Shown here piece by piece: positions 29,258-37,918 of a stretch of DNA of 58,589 bases. Under the pieces are notes generated by a model. The model was not told the DNA's origin. It saw only the letters and a program-made list of their open reading frames with translations, and did not search any database. Every line of letters starts with the position of its first letter. Position 1 is the stretch's first letter. This stretch comes from a virus (lineage: Duplodnaviria; Caudoviricetes). The translations under genes were made by a program, and so were the position numbers. The stretch lies in the IMG/VR virus record IMGVR_UViG_3300037046_000004, positions 1 to 58,589 of that record. One strand, 5' to 3'.

Positions 29258-29431
29258 ATGGGGGCAATTCTGGGGGCGCTGTTCCGGGCGTTGCTGGAAG
29301 CGGTAGGCAACGTGCTGGTGGGCATCCTGTCCAAGCCTGACACGGTGAAGGCGGACCCGAAGCCCATCCTTGACCGGGTTGTGGACCCGGACCCGGAAGA
29401 CCTGATGGAACGGTTTGCGGGGGTGCTGTGA
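29258..29431 (+). CDS. Small membrane-associated protein (57 aa, not in the ORF track)
   Basis: GAAAGGGGG RBS; MGAILGALFRALLEAVGNVLVGIL...; stop overlaps the next start. Confidence 0.6.
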   Translation: MGAILGALFRALLEAVGNVLVGILSKPDTVKADPKPILDRVVDPDPEDLMERFAGVL

Positions 29432-30144
29432 TGCGTGTGGGCTTGTACTGGTATCAAATCCCGAACGTGGGGGATATGCTGAACCCGTTGATGTTGAAAC
29501 AGCGTATCTTCCCCAAGCTGGTGACGCTTGACCCATTGGACCCGGTGCCGGTTGACCGGGTGTTGTTGGGTGTTGGTTCCGTGTTGGGAATCAAGGCGCA
29601 AACACGGTGCCGCCCATCGGTGCCCCGCATCGTGTGGGGGTCCGGGTATCAGTACGAAGCACCACGCCCACTACCTGACGGAAGCTTGGTCAAGTGCGTC
29701 CGGGGAACATGGACGTGTGAACGCTTCCACCTTCCGTTTTCGTTTGCGGTTGCTGACCCGGCAATTCTGGTGCCGCTGTACTGGCCGAAGCTGGGGGAAC
29801 CAACCAAGACCACCGGAAGGTTCTTGCGGTGGGATGCTCCAATACCAACGGACCCGGACACGCACACCACCCGGATTGAAGAAGACGGGCTTGAAGCGTG
29901 GTTGGTCAAGCTGTGGTCATACCAGCGCGTGGAGTGTGACAGCCTACACGCGGCGATTCTGGCGGACGCTTACGGCATCCCGTGGAAGCCGTTACGCTGG
30001 GAACCGAAGTGGCTTGACCACTTCGGACAACTGGGAATCAGCCAGAAGCCAACTGACTTCACCACGTCCAACCGTGAACTTCTGGGGGTTCGTGCCGTGC
30101 GGTTGCTGGCGCTGGCAAACGAAATCAAGGAACTGATGACATGA
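29431..30144 (+). CDS. Polysaccharide pyruvyl transferase-like protein
   Basis: NVGDMLNPL, GVGSVL, VWGSG, VRG.WT, DPAILVP, SLHAAILADAYGIPW. Confidence 0.85.
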   Translation: MRVGLYWYQIPNVGDMLNPLMLKQRIFPKLVTLDPLDPVPVDRVLLGVGSVLGIKAQTRCRPSVPRIVWGSGYQYEAPRPLPDGSLVKCVRGTWTCERFHLPFSFAVADPAILVPLYWPKLGEPTKTTGRFLRWDAPIPTDPDTHTTRIEEDGLEAWLVKLWSYQRVECDSLHAAILADAYGIPWKPLRWEPKWLDHFGQLGISQKPTDFTTSNRELLGVRAVRLLALANEIKELMT

Positions 30145-30281
30145 CCCGGCTTGCGCTGTTGGTCTTGGTGCTGTTGCTTACCGGGTGCCGAAGCCTTCGG
30201 GACTTGAACACAAAGGGGGAAACCCGTGACACGAATTCTGACGTGTGTGCTACTGGCTGCCGGGTTGATGCTGGCGGTTAG
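30141..30281 (+). CDS. Small lipoprotein (46 aa, not in the ORF track)
   Basis: MTRLALLVLVLLLTGC lipobox; ATGA overlap with the upstream stop; overlaps the next gene. Confidence 0.5.
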   Translation: MTRLALLVLVLLLTGCRSLRDLNTKGETRDTNSDVCATGCRVDAGG

Positions 30282-30612
30282 CGCTTGCGTCTTGGTCAAG
30301 CGCGAAGTCCAGTATGCACGGGCAACCAAGTTGCCGGAAGAATGCAAGGGCTTCATGCGGCTGGTTGACGGGAAGGTCACGGTTGCAATCATCAGTTCAG
30401 AAGGCGGGGCGGGTGACGTGTCAGCGTTTGACACCGGGGAACCGAAGGAAGTCAACACGCTGGTGAATGGGAAGAAGACCGTGGTGGAATGTTCCGCGTA
30501 TCTGGTGGTTCACGAACAGGACGTTGCACAGTTCGTCAGGAACACCCAGCGGCTTCAAGCGCTGTTGAAGAACCCGGACATTGCCAAGCTGGCGAAGGAC
30601 AACGGACTATGA
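30226..30612 (+). CDS. Lipoprotein (possible o-spanin-like)
   Basis: AAAGGGGG RBS; signal peptide ending VSAC. Confidence 0.6.
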   Translation: MTRILTCVLLAAGLMLAVSACVLVKREVQYARATKLPEECKGFMRLVDGKVTVAIISSEGGAGDVSAFDTGEPKEVNTLVNGKKTVVECSAYLVVHEQDVAQFVRNTQRLQALLKNPDIAKLAKDNGL

Positions 30613-31235
30613 TTGACATACTTGCCATAGGTCTTCCCCCAGCATCCACACCGGAACGCGAAGCGGAATACATCAAGTCACTGAAGAAGAACCTTGAATG
30701 TCAGCACGTGGCGCGGGTCATGGTGCTGAAGGAAGAAGACGAAGGGGTCAGCCCGGAACGGCTGAAGCTGTTGGACCACCCGAAGGTCAAGACGGTGAAT
30801 CACGGAAGCCGGGCGCTGTGGTCTGACTACATGAACTATCTGAACGGCATTGCCAAGCCGGGGCAGTTGGTGGGGCTGTTGAACGCTGACACGTGGGTTG
30901 ATGACACGATGGGAAAGCTGTTTACGTGGCGCGGTCCGTGGGAACGGGTGATGATAACACTAAGCCGGGAAGCTTACCCGAACCTTGGAAGCACTGACCT
31001 TTGGTTGTGGAAGTCACCGCTGATTGGTTTGACCAACGTGTCCGAACCGCTGGGGGTCAACGCCATTGACGGGCGCGTCATCGGAATGGCAACGCGTGCC
31101 GGTTACGTGTCACTGAACCCGTGTACTGAAATCTACCTTCATCACGAACACACCGGGAAGCACCCGGCGGAAGACAAGCCCCGCCTTGGTCCGCCGTGGG
31201 GCTTCAGCTACCTTCTACGGTTTGACCCCACGTAA
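30609..31235 (+). CDS. Putative GT-A fold glycosyltransferase
   Basis: RE.EY...L.KN, LLNAD.WVD, LSR, S.DLWLW, LG....DG, GY...NPC..I..HH.H. Confidence 0.55.
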   Translation: MIDILAIGLPPASTPEREAEYIKSLKKNLECQHVARVMVLKEEDEGVSPERLKLLDHPKVKTVNHGSRALWSDYMNYLNGIAKPGQLVGLLNADTWVDDTMGKLFTWRGPWERVMITLSREAYPNLGSTDLWLWKSPLIGLTNVSEPLGVNAIDGRVIGMATRAGYVSLNPCTEIYLHHEHTGKHPAEDKPRLGPPWGFSYLLRFDPT

Positions 31236-31375
31236 AAACACCAAAGTCATACCCCCTAGTGGGTGGTCATCAATTCTAAGTAACATATAAAATAATAATA
31301 TATAATATATATGTAATATCAGACCATGACCATGAACAGACCCCCACCCCTTGGGGGGTCAACCTTGGCGTTTTT
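31234..31375. other. Inverted-repeat/AT-core element A (candidate replication origin)
   Basis: Imperfect inverted arms 31234-31268 and 31339-31375 around a nearly pure A/T core. Confidence 0.55.
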
Positions 31376-31391
31376 CTTTTCGGATTTGGTG

Positions 31392-31420
31392 TTGACGAAC
31401 TGCCCGCGTGCGGGTAATAT
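31392..31420 (+). promoter_or_regulatory. Early sigma70-type promoter P1
   Basis: TTGACG-17nt-TAATAT; spacer contains CCCGC-GT-GCGGG. Confidence 0.8.
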
Positions 31421-31465
31421 TCTGGTGTGGTTGAAGTGGTGACCACCAAGCGAAGGGGTGAAGAC

Positions 31466-31816
31466 ATGGCGAAGAAACTGGACGAACTGAAGAAGCTGGA
31501 AAGCATTGAAGACCTGACCGGGCTGCCGCTGACCCCGTATCAGCGTGACCGGCTGGCGGAACTTCAGATGAAGCACGGGACACCCAGCGAACGGGCACGG
31601 GCGGAAGCGGTCACGGTCAAGCCCGAAGTTGACGGCGAAGGGCACACGGTCCAACTGTCCACCGGCAAAACGGTGACGGGCGTGTACTGGCTGGACGGTG
31701 AAAACGGTCTGGAAGAATTCGGGTGCAAAGAGTGGGACAGCCTGAACGAAACGGAAATCAACAGCCTGTTTGAAGAAGTGGAACGGCTGGCTGACGAAGC
31801 GTGCCGGGTGTTCTAA
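31466..31816 (+). CDS. Acidic early hypothetical protein
   Basis: GAAGGGGTGA RBS; first gene after P1. Confidence 0.7.
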   Translation: MAKKLDELKKLESIEDLTGLPLTPYQRDRLAELQMKHGTPSERARAEAVTVKPEVDGEGHTVQLSTGKTVTGVYWLDGENGLEEFGCKEWDSLNETEINSLFEEVERLADEACRVF

Positions 31817-31861
31817 CCAAGGGAACCGGGCGGGGCAATTCAGCCCCGCCCACTTGAAGGG

Positions 31862-32179
31862 ATGATGACGATGGAAAAGCGGAACGTGAATACGGTGGTG
31901 ACGCGCAAGAAGTATCTGGGTCAGTGGATTGACCACACCCGGTTGACCCGCCGTCCGTGCTTCAAGGTTCAGGTCTACACCGTCAAGGGTGTGGCTGAAA
32001 TCACGTTGGACCCCCAGCGGCTTGACCGGCTGGTGTTGGCGGCAGCCCAAAACCGGGGCAAGAAGTCCACAAGCGGACCGGTGAAGGTGCGGCTGATGGA
32101 TGCCGTTGAAACGCTGGAACAGGAATACATTGACCCGCCGGAAGCCAAGGATAGGCTTGACCAACTGCGAAAGGGCTGA
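31862..32179 (+). CDS. Hypothetical protein
   Basis: GAAGGG RBS; 105 aa. Confidence 0.65.
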   Translation: MMTMEKRNVNTVVTRKKYLGQWIDHTRLTRRPCFKVQVYTVKGVAEITLDPQRLDRLVLAAAQNRGKKSTSGPVKVRLMDAVETLEQEYIDPPEAKDRLDQLRKG

Positions 32180-32190
32180 AGCCCTTTCAG

Positions 32191-32235
32191 AAAGACCCGC
32201 TGGCGGGGTTCCTGACGCCCCCAGCGGGTCTTTTC
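32191..32235 (+). terminator. Intrinsic terminator
   Basis: AAAGACCCGCTGG...CCAGCGGGTCTTTT. Confidence 0.65.
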
Positions 32236-32313
32236 ATGTCCGGGGGTATGGTTGGGGCTTCCCCCAGCCCCGGACCCCGTGGGCAGCCCCCAAAAGAATT
32301 TTCAGAAAAGGTG

Positions 32314-32342
32314 TGGACGAACTGACCGCAAGCGGGTAATAT
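32314..32342 (+). promoter_or_regulatory. Early promoter P2
   Basis: TGGACG-17nt-TAATAT with an A/T-rich UP element. Confidence 0.75.
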
Positions 32343-32366
32343 CCTGACATGAAAGGGGTGACGAAC

Positions 32367-32522
32367 ATGGACGAACGAACGAAGCGAATGGTGCGGGAAT
32401 GGCTGGCGTCCTTCGGGGGTGACACGGAGAAGACCGCGCAATACATCCGGCGGATGCTTGGGCGGAACCGGACAAGCACGAAGGAAGCGCGGGAACTGGT
32501 GGCGGAAGCGGTGCGGGGATGA
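32367..32522 (+). CDS. Small helical hypothetical protein (51 aa, not in the ORF track)
   Basis: GAAAGGGGTGA RBS; MDERTKRMVREWL...; overlaps the next ATG. Confidence 0.65.
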   Translation: MDERTKRMVREWLASFGGDTEKTAQYIRRMLGRNRTSTKEARELVAEAVRG

Positions 32523-32704
32523 AACCGAACCGCAACCATGACGGGAAGGTCATCACCATCCGATACACGGGCGGGATGGAACCGCCGTTCAATTTGACGG
32601 GGCGGTACATCCACCGCCCACGTTCCACGGTGTTTGACTTTGCAATGGACAACGGGCGTTCCGCTGTCTTTGAACGGTCTGACTTCGTGGTGGTGAAGGG
32701 GTGA
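32519..32704 (+). CDS. Hypothetical protein
   Basis: ATGA coupling; 61 aa. Confidence 0.6.
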   Translation: MKPNRNHDGKVITIRYTGGMEPPFNLTGRYIHRPRSTVFDFAMDNGRSAVFERSDFVVVKG

Positions 32705-32707
32705 AAC

Positions 32708-32890
32708 ATGCGATTCAAGAAGATGGAAACGGCGAAGCGTCAAGCCAAGGCGAACGCTGACTTGACCGGGGTTCCGTGGGTGGTCTTCATTGACACGTCA
32801 TTGTGTCCGAACGTGGAACGGTTCAATGCAAACCTGTTACTTCATCGGGCGGGGTCAATCTTCAAGCCAAGCAAAGGGGGCACAGCGTGA
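32708..32890 (+). CDS. Hypothetical protein
   Basis: GAAGGGGTGA RBS; 60 aa. Confidence 0.6.
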   Translation: MRFKKMETAKRQAKANADLTGVPWVVFIDTSLCPNVERFNANLLLHRAGSIFKPSKGGTA

Positions 32891-33588
32891 AGCTGAACAA
32901 GCACAGCCTTGCCGGGCGCAAGCTGGCGGGCAAGACGGGGCACGTTCGGGTTGAACCTGAAGGTGCCGTTGTGACCACGAACATGAAAGCGCTGGTGGTG
33001 GTGGGTCCGCTGGAACACGCGGCACCCGTGCCGGGGGGCTTCAGCATCAAGGCGGAAACGGCTGACCTTCTGGCAAGCATGATGAAGAAGGGAACCGCCA
33101 CACTTCTTGACCTTGACCCGGAAGACCGGGGCAAGAACCGCCGGGCTGAATTCTTCGTGGATGACCTTGACGGAGAAACGGAACGCGTGACCGGGTACGT
33201 TCCCACCGAAGCGTTCCCGGCTTGGCGGAAGATGGTTGCAGCGGCAGCCACCCAAGAACACGTCAGCGTGGTGGTGAACCGCAAGCACCTGTTGGCGCTG
33301 TTGGAAGCCGTTGACGCGGCGTGCCCGGACCCGGACCACAACCCGGTCAAGCTGACGCTGTGCCGTGACCGGCTGTTGGTGCGGGCAGCCAACTACATCA
33401 CCGGGCAACAGGCTGTGGGGTGCGTCATTGAACTTGACCCCGGTGAATGGATTCCTGAAAGTGAATGGGTCAACGGCGTGTTGGACCCGTCCAAAGCGGT
33501 GACACGAATTGTGAAGAAGGTGCCACCGGGTACGGGCAAGAAGGTGCCGCCCAAACAACTGAAGCAACTGAAAGGTGGTGGGGCATGA
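32887..33588 (+). CDS. Sliding clamp (DNA Pol III beta)-like protein, partial fold
   Basis: VVTTN...L, FPAWRKMV, VNRK.LL.LLEA, PVKLTL pattern. Confidence 0.45.
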   Translation: MKLNKHSLAGRKLAGKTGHVRVEPEGAVVTTNMKALVVVGPLEHAAPVPGGFSIKAETADLLASMMKKGTATLLDLDPEDRGKNRRAEFFVDDLDGETERVTGYVPTEAFPAWRKMVAAAATQEHVSVVVNRKHLLALLEAVDAACPDPDHNPVKLTLCRDRLLVRAANYITGQQAVGCVIELDPGEWIPESEWVNGVLDPSKAVTRIVKKVPPGTGKKVPPKQLKQLKGGGA

Positions 33589-33776
33589 CTGTCAAGGAAG
33601 CCGCGAAGAAACTATGCGTGGATGAATCCACGGTTCGGCGGTTGTGCCGGTCCGGGGAAATCCGGGGCGAACGGCGCGGGCGGGATTGGTGGATTGAACC
33701 GGCAGCGCTGAAAGGGGTCAAGCCCCGTGGCGTGGGGCGTCCACCGGTCTATTCGTCCAAAGCCAAGGCCAGCTAG
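33585..33776 (+). CDS. Excisionase/MerR-type helix-turn-helix DNA-binding protein
   Basis: MTVKEAAKKL.V..STVRRLCRSG.I.G...GRDW.I, GRPP AT-hook-like tail. Confidence 0.85.
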   Translation: MTVKEAAKKLCVDESTVRRLCRSGEIRGERRGRDWWIEPAALKGVKPRGVGRPPVYSSKAKAS

Positions 33777-33824
33777 GCTTTCCCCCAGCGGGGAACCGGG
33801 CGAAAAGAATTTTCTGATTTTCCG

Positions 33825-33853
33825 TTGACGAACTAACCGCCAGCGGGTAATAT
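33825..33853 (+). promoter_or_regulatory. Early promoter P3
   Basis: TTGACG-17nt-TAATAT followed by a GTCAGC/GCTGAC leader hairpin. Confidence 0.8.
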
Positions 33854-33894
33854 ACCCTTGTCAGCAATGACGCTGACCTTGAAGGGGTGACCCA

Positions 33895-34206
33895 ATGACG
33901 AACTTCAGCGGACTTCAGATGGACGCGATTCGGGCGAAGGAAGAAGCGGACCGGCTGGCTTACGAAGCCAAGACCACGGGCGCAATGGTGAACGGTTACC
34001 CCGTCACCATCGAAACGCTTCGGAAGGTGTTCACCGAAGTACAGAACCCCACGGGATGGAAACGCCCGGTCAACCATATCGTTCACCGTGACCGGGTGGC
34101 GCTGGTGACAGAAGCCGTGGTGTTCTTCCACGGGTCAAGACCCGTGGTGGTTCAGAAGGTGGACAAGTGCCACGTGCTGTTGAAAAACACGGGATACGCG
34201 GGCTGA
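33895..34206 (+). CDS. Hypothetical protein
   Basis: GAAGGGGTGA RBS; F..VQNP..WK.P motif. Confidence 0.7.
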   Translation: MTNFSGLQMDAIRAKEEADRLAYEAKTTGAMVNGYPVTIETLRKVFTEVQNPTGWKRPVNHIVHRDRVALVTEAVVFFHGSRPVVVQKVDKCHVLLKNTGYAG

Positions 34207-34312
34207 ACCAAGCCCATCACCGAAGAACCCCGGCGGGTGTGGTGCCGGGGTTGCTTCGTCAGAAGACCCCGGCGAACCGGGGCAAGGTCCAAGAACGGAA
34301 GGGGTGAAGACG

Positions 34313-34744
34313 ATGAACAGGGAACGAAGGGGGCGGGGCGGCTGTCAACGCGGGCGGATGGGTCCGGTCAGGTGTGACCGGGTGGCGCGTTGCGTCCGGG
34401 TCACCAGCGCGGGCAAGCGCGTGATGTTGTGCGCCAAGTGTGACCGGACTATCGGGCACATCGTGGGGCAGTCCGTGCCGGTGGTCAGCGTGTCAGTCAA
34501 GGCGTTCAGGGAAGCCGGGCTTGAAGCCAAGTGGGGCAAGACCGGACGCGGCACCCCGGTCATGTTCGTCCGTGACCCGAACGCCAGCACGAACCACCAG
34601 CGCGTCACGTGGTGGATGTGTGACCGGGGGATGTGGGAAGCTATGAACCGCCAAGGCATCAAGGAAGGCTTCAACGCGTGTACTCTGTTGGGCGACTTGT
34701 TCAGCCTGAAGCTGGTGGACAGCACGGGAACACGTGTACGGTAA
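34313..34744 (+). CDS. Hypothetical protein with Cys pairs
   Basis: GAAGGGGTGA RBS; C..C motif. Confidence 0.6.
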   Translation: MNRERRGRGGCQRGRMGPVRCDRVARCVRVTSAGKRVMLCAKCDRTIGHIVGQSVPVVSVSVKAFREAGLEAKWGKTGRGTPVMFVRDPNASTNHQRVTWWMCDRGMWEAMNRQGIKEGFNACTLLGDLFSLKLVDSTGTRVR

Positions 34745-34813
34745 ATCCGCAAGCGGTGCCGGGTGGCACGGTGCCGCCCGGCTTTCAACGGAACCAAGCG
34801 AAGGGGTCAAGAC

Positions 34814-35515
34814 ATGGCGAAGGAAATGACGGGCAAGCCCGGCGAAGTGTTGGGCATCGTGAAGCTGACCAACATTTTCGGGAAGCGTGCGGCGAAGGTG
34901 TTGGCGTGTGCGGGCTTCATCACCGAAGCCCCGGACCGGAAGCGCGGGGCACCCCGGTCATTCGTGTGCAAGCAACTGTTGCCCACGCTGGACACGTACC
35001 GGGAAATGGAACGCGTTCACTTCAGCGTCACGGTTGCGGACGCTATCAGCAACGCGGAAGGCGAAGCGGAAAGCCTGAAGGACGAACTTCAGGAATGGTT
35101 TGACAACCTACCGGAGAACTTCCAGCAAGGCGACAAGGGCAGCCAGTTGGAAGAAGCGGTCAGCGCTTTGGAAAGCGTGCAGTTCCCCACGCTGCCGGAT
35201 TGGTTTGAAGAATGGGCAGCGCTGGTGAAAGACCGGAACACGTTCGTGTTCTTCCCCAGTGATGGGAACAGCCGGGCGGACCGGGGAAGTGACGCGGCGG
35301 GGCAGTTGCGCCAAGCCGGGGAGAAGCTTCGGGAACTGGGGGAAGGGCTGGAACAGGAAGCCGTTGACCTTCGTGACGATGAAGACGAAGACCCGAAGCG
35401 TGAAGCGGCGGCTGACTTGGCGTCAGAACGTGGTGACGAACTGACGAACCTTGCCGATGAACTGGAAAGCGCGGCGGACGAACTGGACGGGGTGGAATAC
35501 CCCGGCATGTATTAG
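34814..35515 (+). CDS. Acidic helical hypothetical protein
   Basis: GAAGGGGTCA RBS; E.QEWFDNLPENFQ.GDKG motif; strongly acidic C-terminus. Confidence 0.75.
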   Translation: MAKEMTGKPGEVLGIVKLTNIFGKRAAKVLACAGFITEAPDRKRGAPRSFVCKQLLPTLDTYREMERVHFSVTVADAISNAEGEAESLKDELQEWFDNLPENFQQGDKGSQLEEAVSALESVQFPTLPDWFEEWAALVKDRNTFVFFPSDGNSRADRGSDAAGQLRQAGEKLRELGEGLEQEAVDLRDDEDEDPKREAAADLASERGDELTNLADELESAADELDGVEYPGMY

Positions 35516-35711
35516 CCCGGCGGCTTCCCCAGACGCCCCGCCTTCGCGTTCCTGTGACGCTGGCGGGGCGTTCTGTTGGCGGGTGGTGTGTCCGGGTCAA
35601 CCCCAGCGGGCAGCCCGGCAGCGGGGCAGGAAGCGCGGAAGGATGGGTGAAATTGTTAGTCTAGACCACAAAAGGACTTGCACGATATATCAGAAAATAA
35701 CGAAAAAGGTG

Positions 35712-35740
35712 TGGACTAACTGACCGCACACGGGTAATAT
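35712..35740 (+). promoter_or_regulatory. Early promoter P4
   Basis: TGGACT-17nt-TAATAT; same leader as P3. Confidence 0.75.
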
Positions 35741-35781
35741 ACCCTTGTCAGCAATGACGCTGACAGCGAAAGGGGTGAACC

Positions 35782-36141
35782 ATGAAGGTCTTCAACTTCA
35801 CGAACGGAAAGAAATCGGAACTTCTGGCGGACGTGGGCGCGTGGCGCGGAACTGGTGACGGGCTGGTGAACGGTGTCCGGGTTCAGGACTTCCGGGGCTT
35901 TGAGTTCCACAACAGCTTTGAAGTCAAGACGTGGGAAGCGAAGGAAACCGTGGTCATCACCCCGGCGGACTTCGCGGCACGGTTCGGCAAAGACGTTGAA
36001 GCCGTGTGCTTCTGTATCGGTCACAACCTGACGCTGGACGTGTGGGAATGGTGCTTCTGTGCAAGCCCGGCTTGGCTGACCAAGCACGGCATCACGGGCA
36101 CCAAGCACGTCACCACGGTTGAAGAACTGATTGAATACTAA
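35782..36141 (+). CDS. Hypothetical protein
   Basis: GAAAGGGGTGA RBS; 119 aa. Confidence 0.7.
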   Translation: MKVFNFTNGKKSELLADVGAWRGTGDGLVNGVRVQDFRGFEFHNSFEVKTWEAKETVVITPADFAARFGKDVEAVCFCIGHNLTLDVWEWCFCASPAWLTKHGITGTKHVTTVEELIEY

Positions 36142-36209
36142 CCGGGCACCAGCCCACCGAACCCCGCCGGGTGTTGTGGCGGGGTTGCGGTGTTGAAAGG
36201 GGTGACGAC

Positions 36210-36401
36210 ATGAAGATTCAATTTCAGACCACGCACAGCGACGGGTCAACCATCAGATTTTCGGCACGCATCGTGAAGGACAACGGTGACGGCACGGTGT
36301 GGGCGGAAATGCCGGAACGGGTGCGGCGGTTGCCGTTCCCCCCGCTGGGCGGGAAGCGGTTCGGGATGTTCAGGAAGTCCGATGTGGTCTTGGTTCCGTG
36401 A
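36210..36401 (+). CDS. Hypothetical protein
   Basis: GAAAGGGGTGA RBS; 63 aa. Confidence 0.65.
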   Translation: MKIQFQTTHSDGSTIRFSARIVKDNGDGTVWAEMPERVRRLPFPPLGGKRFGMFRKSDVVLVP

Positions 36402-36504
36402 CCGGTCTTCCACGCGTGCCCGCGTGCGTGTGTACGCGGGCACGGGCGGACGCCCGGCGCGTGTGCGCTGGCGAAGGAAACAGGTGACACGAAAGGGGTG
36501 ACAC

Positions 36505-37395
36505 ATGCCACGAATCACGTACATTGAAAAGCGGTTCCAAGGTGAAAGCGCAGCAATCATCACCAAGGCAAATGAAATCATTGCAGAGTACACAGCGGCG
36601 GGCTTCGACCTGACGTTGCGTCAGTTGTTCTATCAGTTCGTCAGCCGGGACATCATCCCCAACACGGAGAAGTCTTACAAGCGGTTGGGGTCCATCATTG
36701 ATGACGGACGCCTTGCCGGGCTGATTGATTGGAACGCCATTCAAGACCGCACACGCACCATGAAACAGAACAGCCATTGGAACAACCCGGCGGAAATCAT
36801 CCGGTGTTGTGCGGACAGTTACCGGGTGGACATGTGGGAACATCAGCCCAAGCGCGTTGAATGTTGGGTGGAAAAGGACGCGCTTATCGGTGTGTTGGAA
36901 TCCGTGTGCGTGAAGTATGACGTGCCCTATTTTGCGTGCCGTGGTTATTCGTCACAGTCCGCTATGTGGCGTTCAGCCCGGCGGGCATTGAAGAATTCAC
37001 AGGACCACAACCAAGACACCGTGATTCTGTACCTTGGTGACCATGACCCCAGCGGCATTGACATGACGCGTGACGTTGAAGCCCGAATGCGGTTGCTGTC
37101 CCATGAATCACCAATCACGGTTGACCGGCTGGCGTTGAACATGGACCAAGTGCGGGCGTTCCATCCGCCACCGAACCCGGCGAAGCTTACGGATGTGCGG
37201 GCTGACGGGTACATTGAAAAGTTCGGAAACGAATCGTGGGAACTGGACGCGCTTGAACCCCGCATCATTGCCGCGTTGATTGAAAAGGCAATCAAGGCGA
37301 ACATGGACCCGAAGCAATGGAAGAAGGACCACACCCGGCAAGAAGCGGACCGTGCCCGGCTGATTGAACTGGCGGACGAAGAAGACAACCGGTGA
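36505..37395 (+). CDS. Topoisomerase VI-A/Spo11-like wHTH-Toprim protein
   Basis: LTLRQLFYQ (Tyr), WVEKDAL, GYSS, LYLGDHDPSGIDM, ELDAL. Confidence 0.78.
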   Translation: MPRITYIEKRFQGESAAIITKANEIIAEYTAAGFDLTLRQLFYQFVSRDIIPNTEKSYKRLGSIIDDGRLAGLIDWNAIQDRTRTMKQNSHWNNPAEIIRCCADSYRVDMWEHQPKRVECWVEKDALIGVLESVCVKYDVPYFACRGYSSQSAMWRSARRALKNSQDHNQDTVILYLGDHDPSGIDMTRDVEARMRLLSHESPITVDRLALNMDQVRAFHPPPNPAKLTDVRADGYIEKFGNESWELDALEPRIIAALIEKAIKANMDPKQWKKDHTRQEADRARLIELADEEDNR

Positions 37396-37447
37396 CCCAG
37401 CACGAAGCCCGGCGGGAATCACCCCGCCGGTTTGAAAGGGTGAAGAC

Positions 37448-37918
37448 ATGACGGAGAAGAACGCGAAGTTCCCCCGCCGTTACGGGAAGGTGAATGCCAA
37501 GGTGCCCTACCCGGCGGAACGTCAACACGGGGCGATTTACAAGGAGATGCCCAGCGGAAAGGTGGGGCTGGTGTGCAACTGTGGCGGGGGCTGGCCTTGC
37601 CCGCACTACACCCCGCCGGTTGAACCCACGGTCAAGTTGTTCGGTGAAGACAAGACCACGGAAGGAACGGAAGACATGGACCCACAGGAAGCCTTCACGC
37701 TGTTGGTTGACGCGTGCCGGAATCACAACATGCCAGCGGTGGAACTGCACGGCATGACCTTGATTCACTGGTTGAACGGCGGGGGCTTTCCCCCAGACGT
37801 GAACCCGGCGGACTTGCGCCAGTTGGTCTTGACGCTGACGGCGCTTGCCACCACGTGGAACCTTTTGAACGCCCGGAACGGTGGCACGCCCGGCGGTGAA
37901 AGTAACACAAAAGGCTAA
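37448..37918 (+). CDS. Hypothetical protein
   Basis: GAAAGGGTGA RBS; CNC....CPH and WL..GGFPP motifs. Confidence 0.65.
   Translation: MTEKNAKFPRRYGKVNAKVPYPAERQHGAIYKEMPSGKVGLVCNCGGGWPCPHYTPPVEPTVKLFGEDKTTEGTEDMDPQEAFTLLVDACRNHNMPAVELHGMTLIHWLNGGGFPPDVNPADLRQLVLTLTALATTWNLLNARNGGTPGGESNTKG

Noticed and set aside
33585-33776. Lysogeny module suggested by the excisionase-like HTH
   Set aside because: No integrase, CI-like repressor or ParA recognised; all genes are co-oriented
12583-33800. TTCCCC(C)AGCGGGG(G)AACCGGG at about 12589 and 33780 resembling a type I-E CRISPR repeat
   Set aside because: Only two distant, short partial matches; no spacers or array; explainable as GC hairpins
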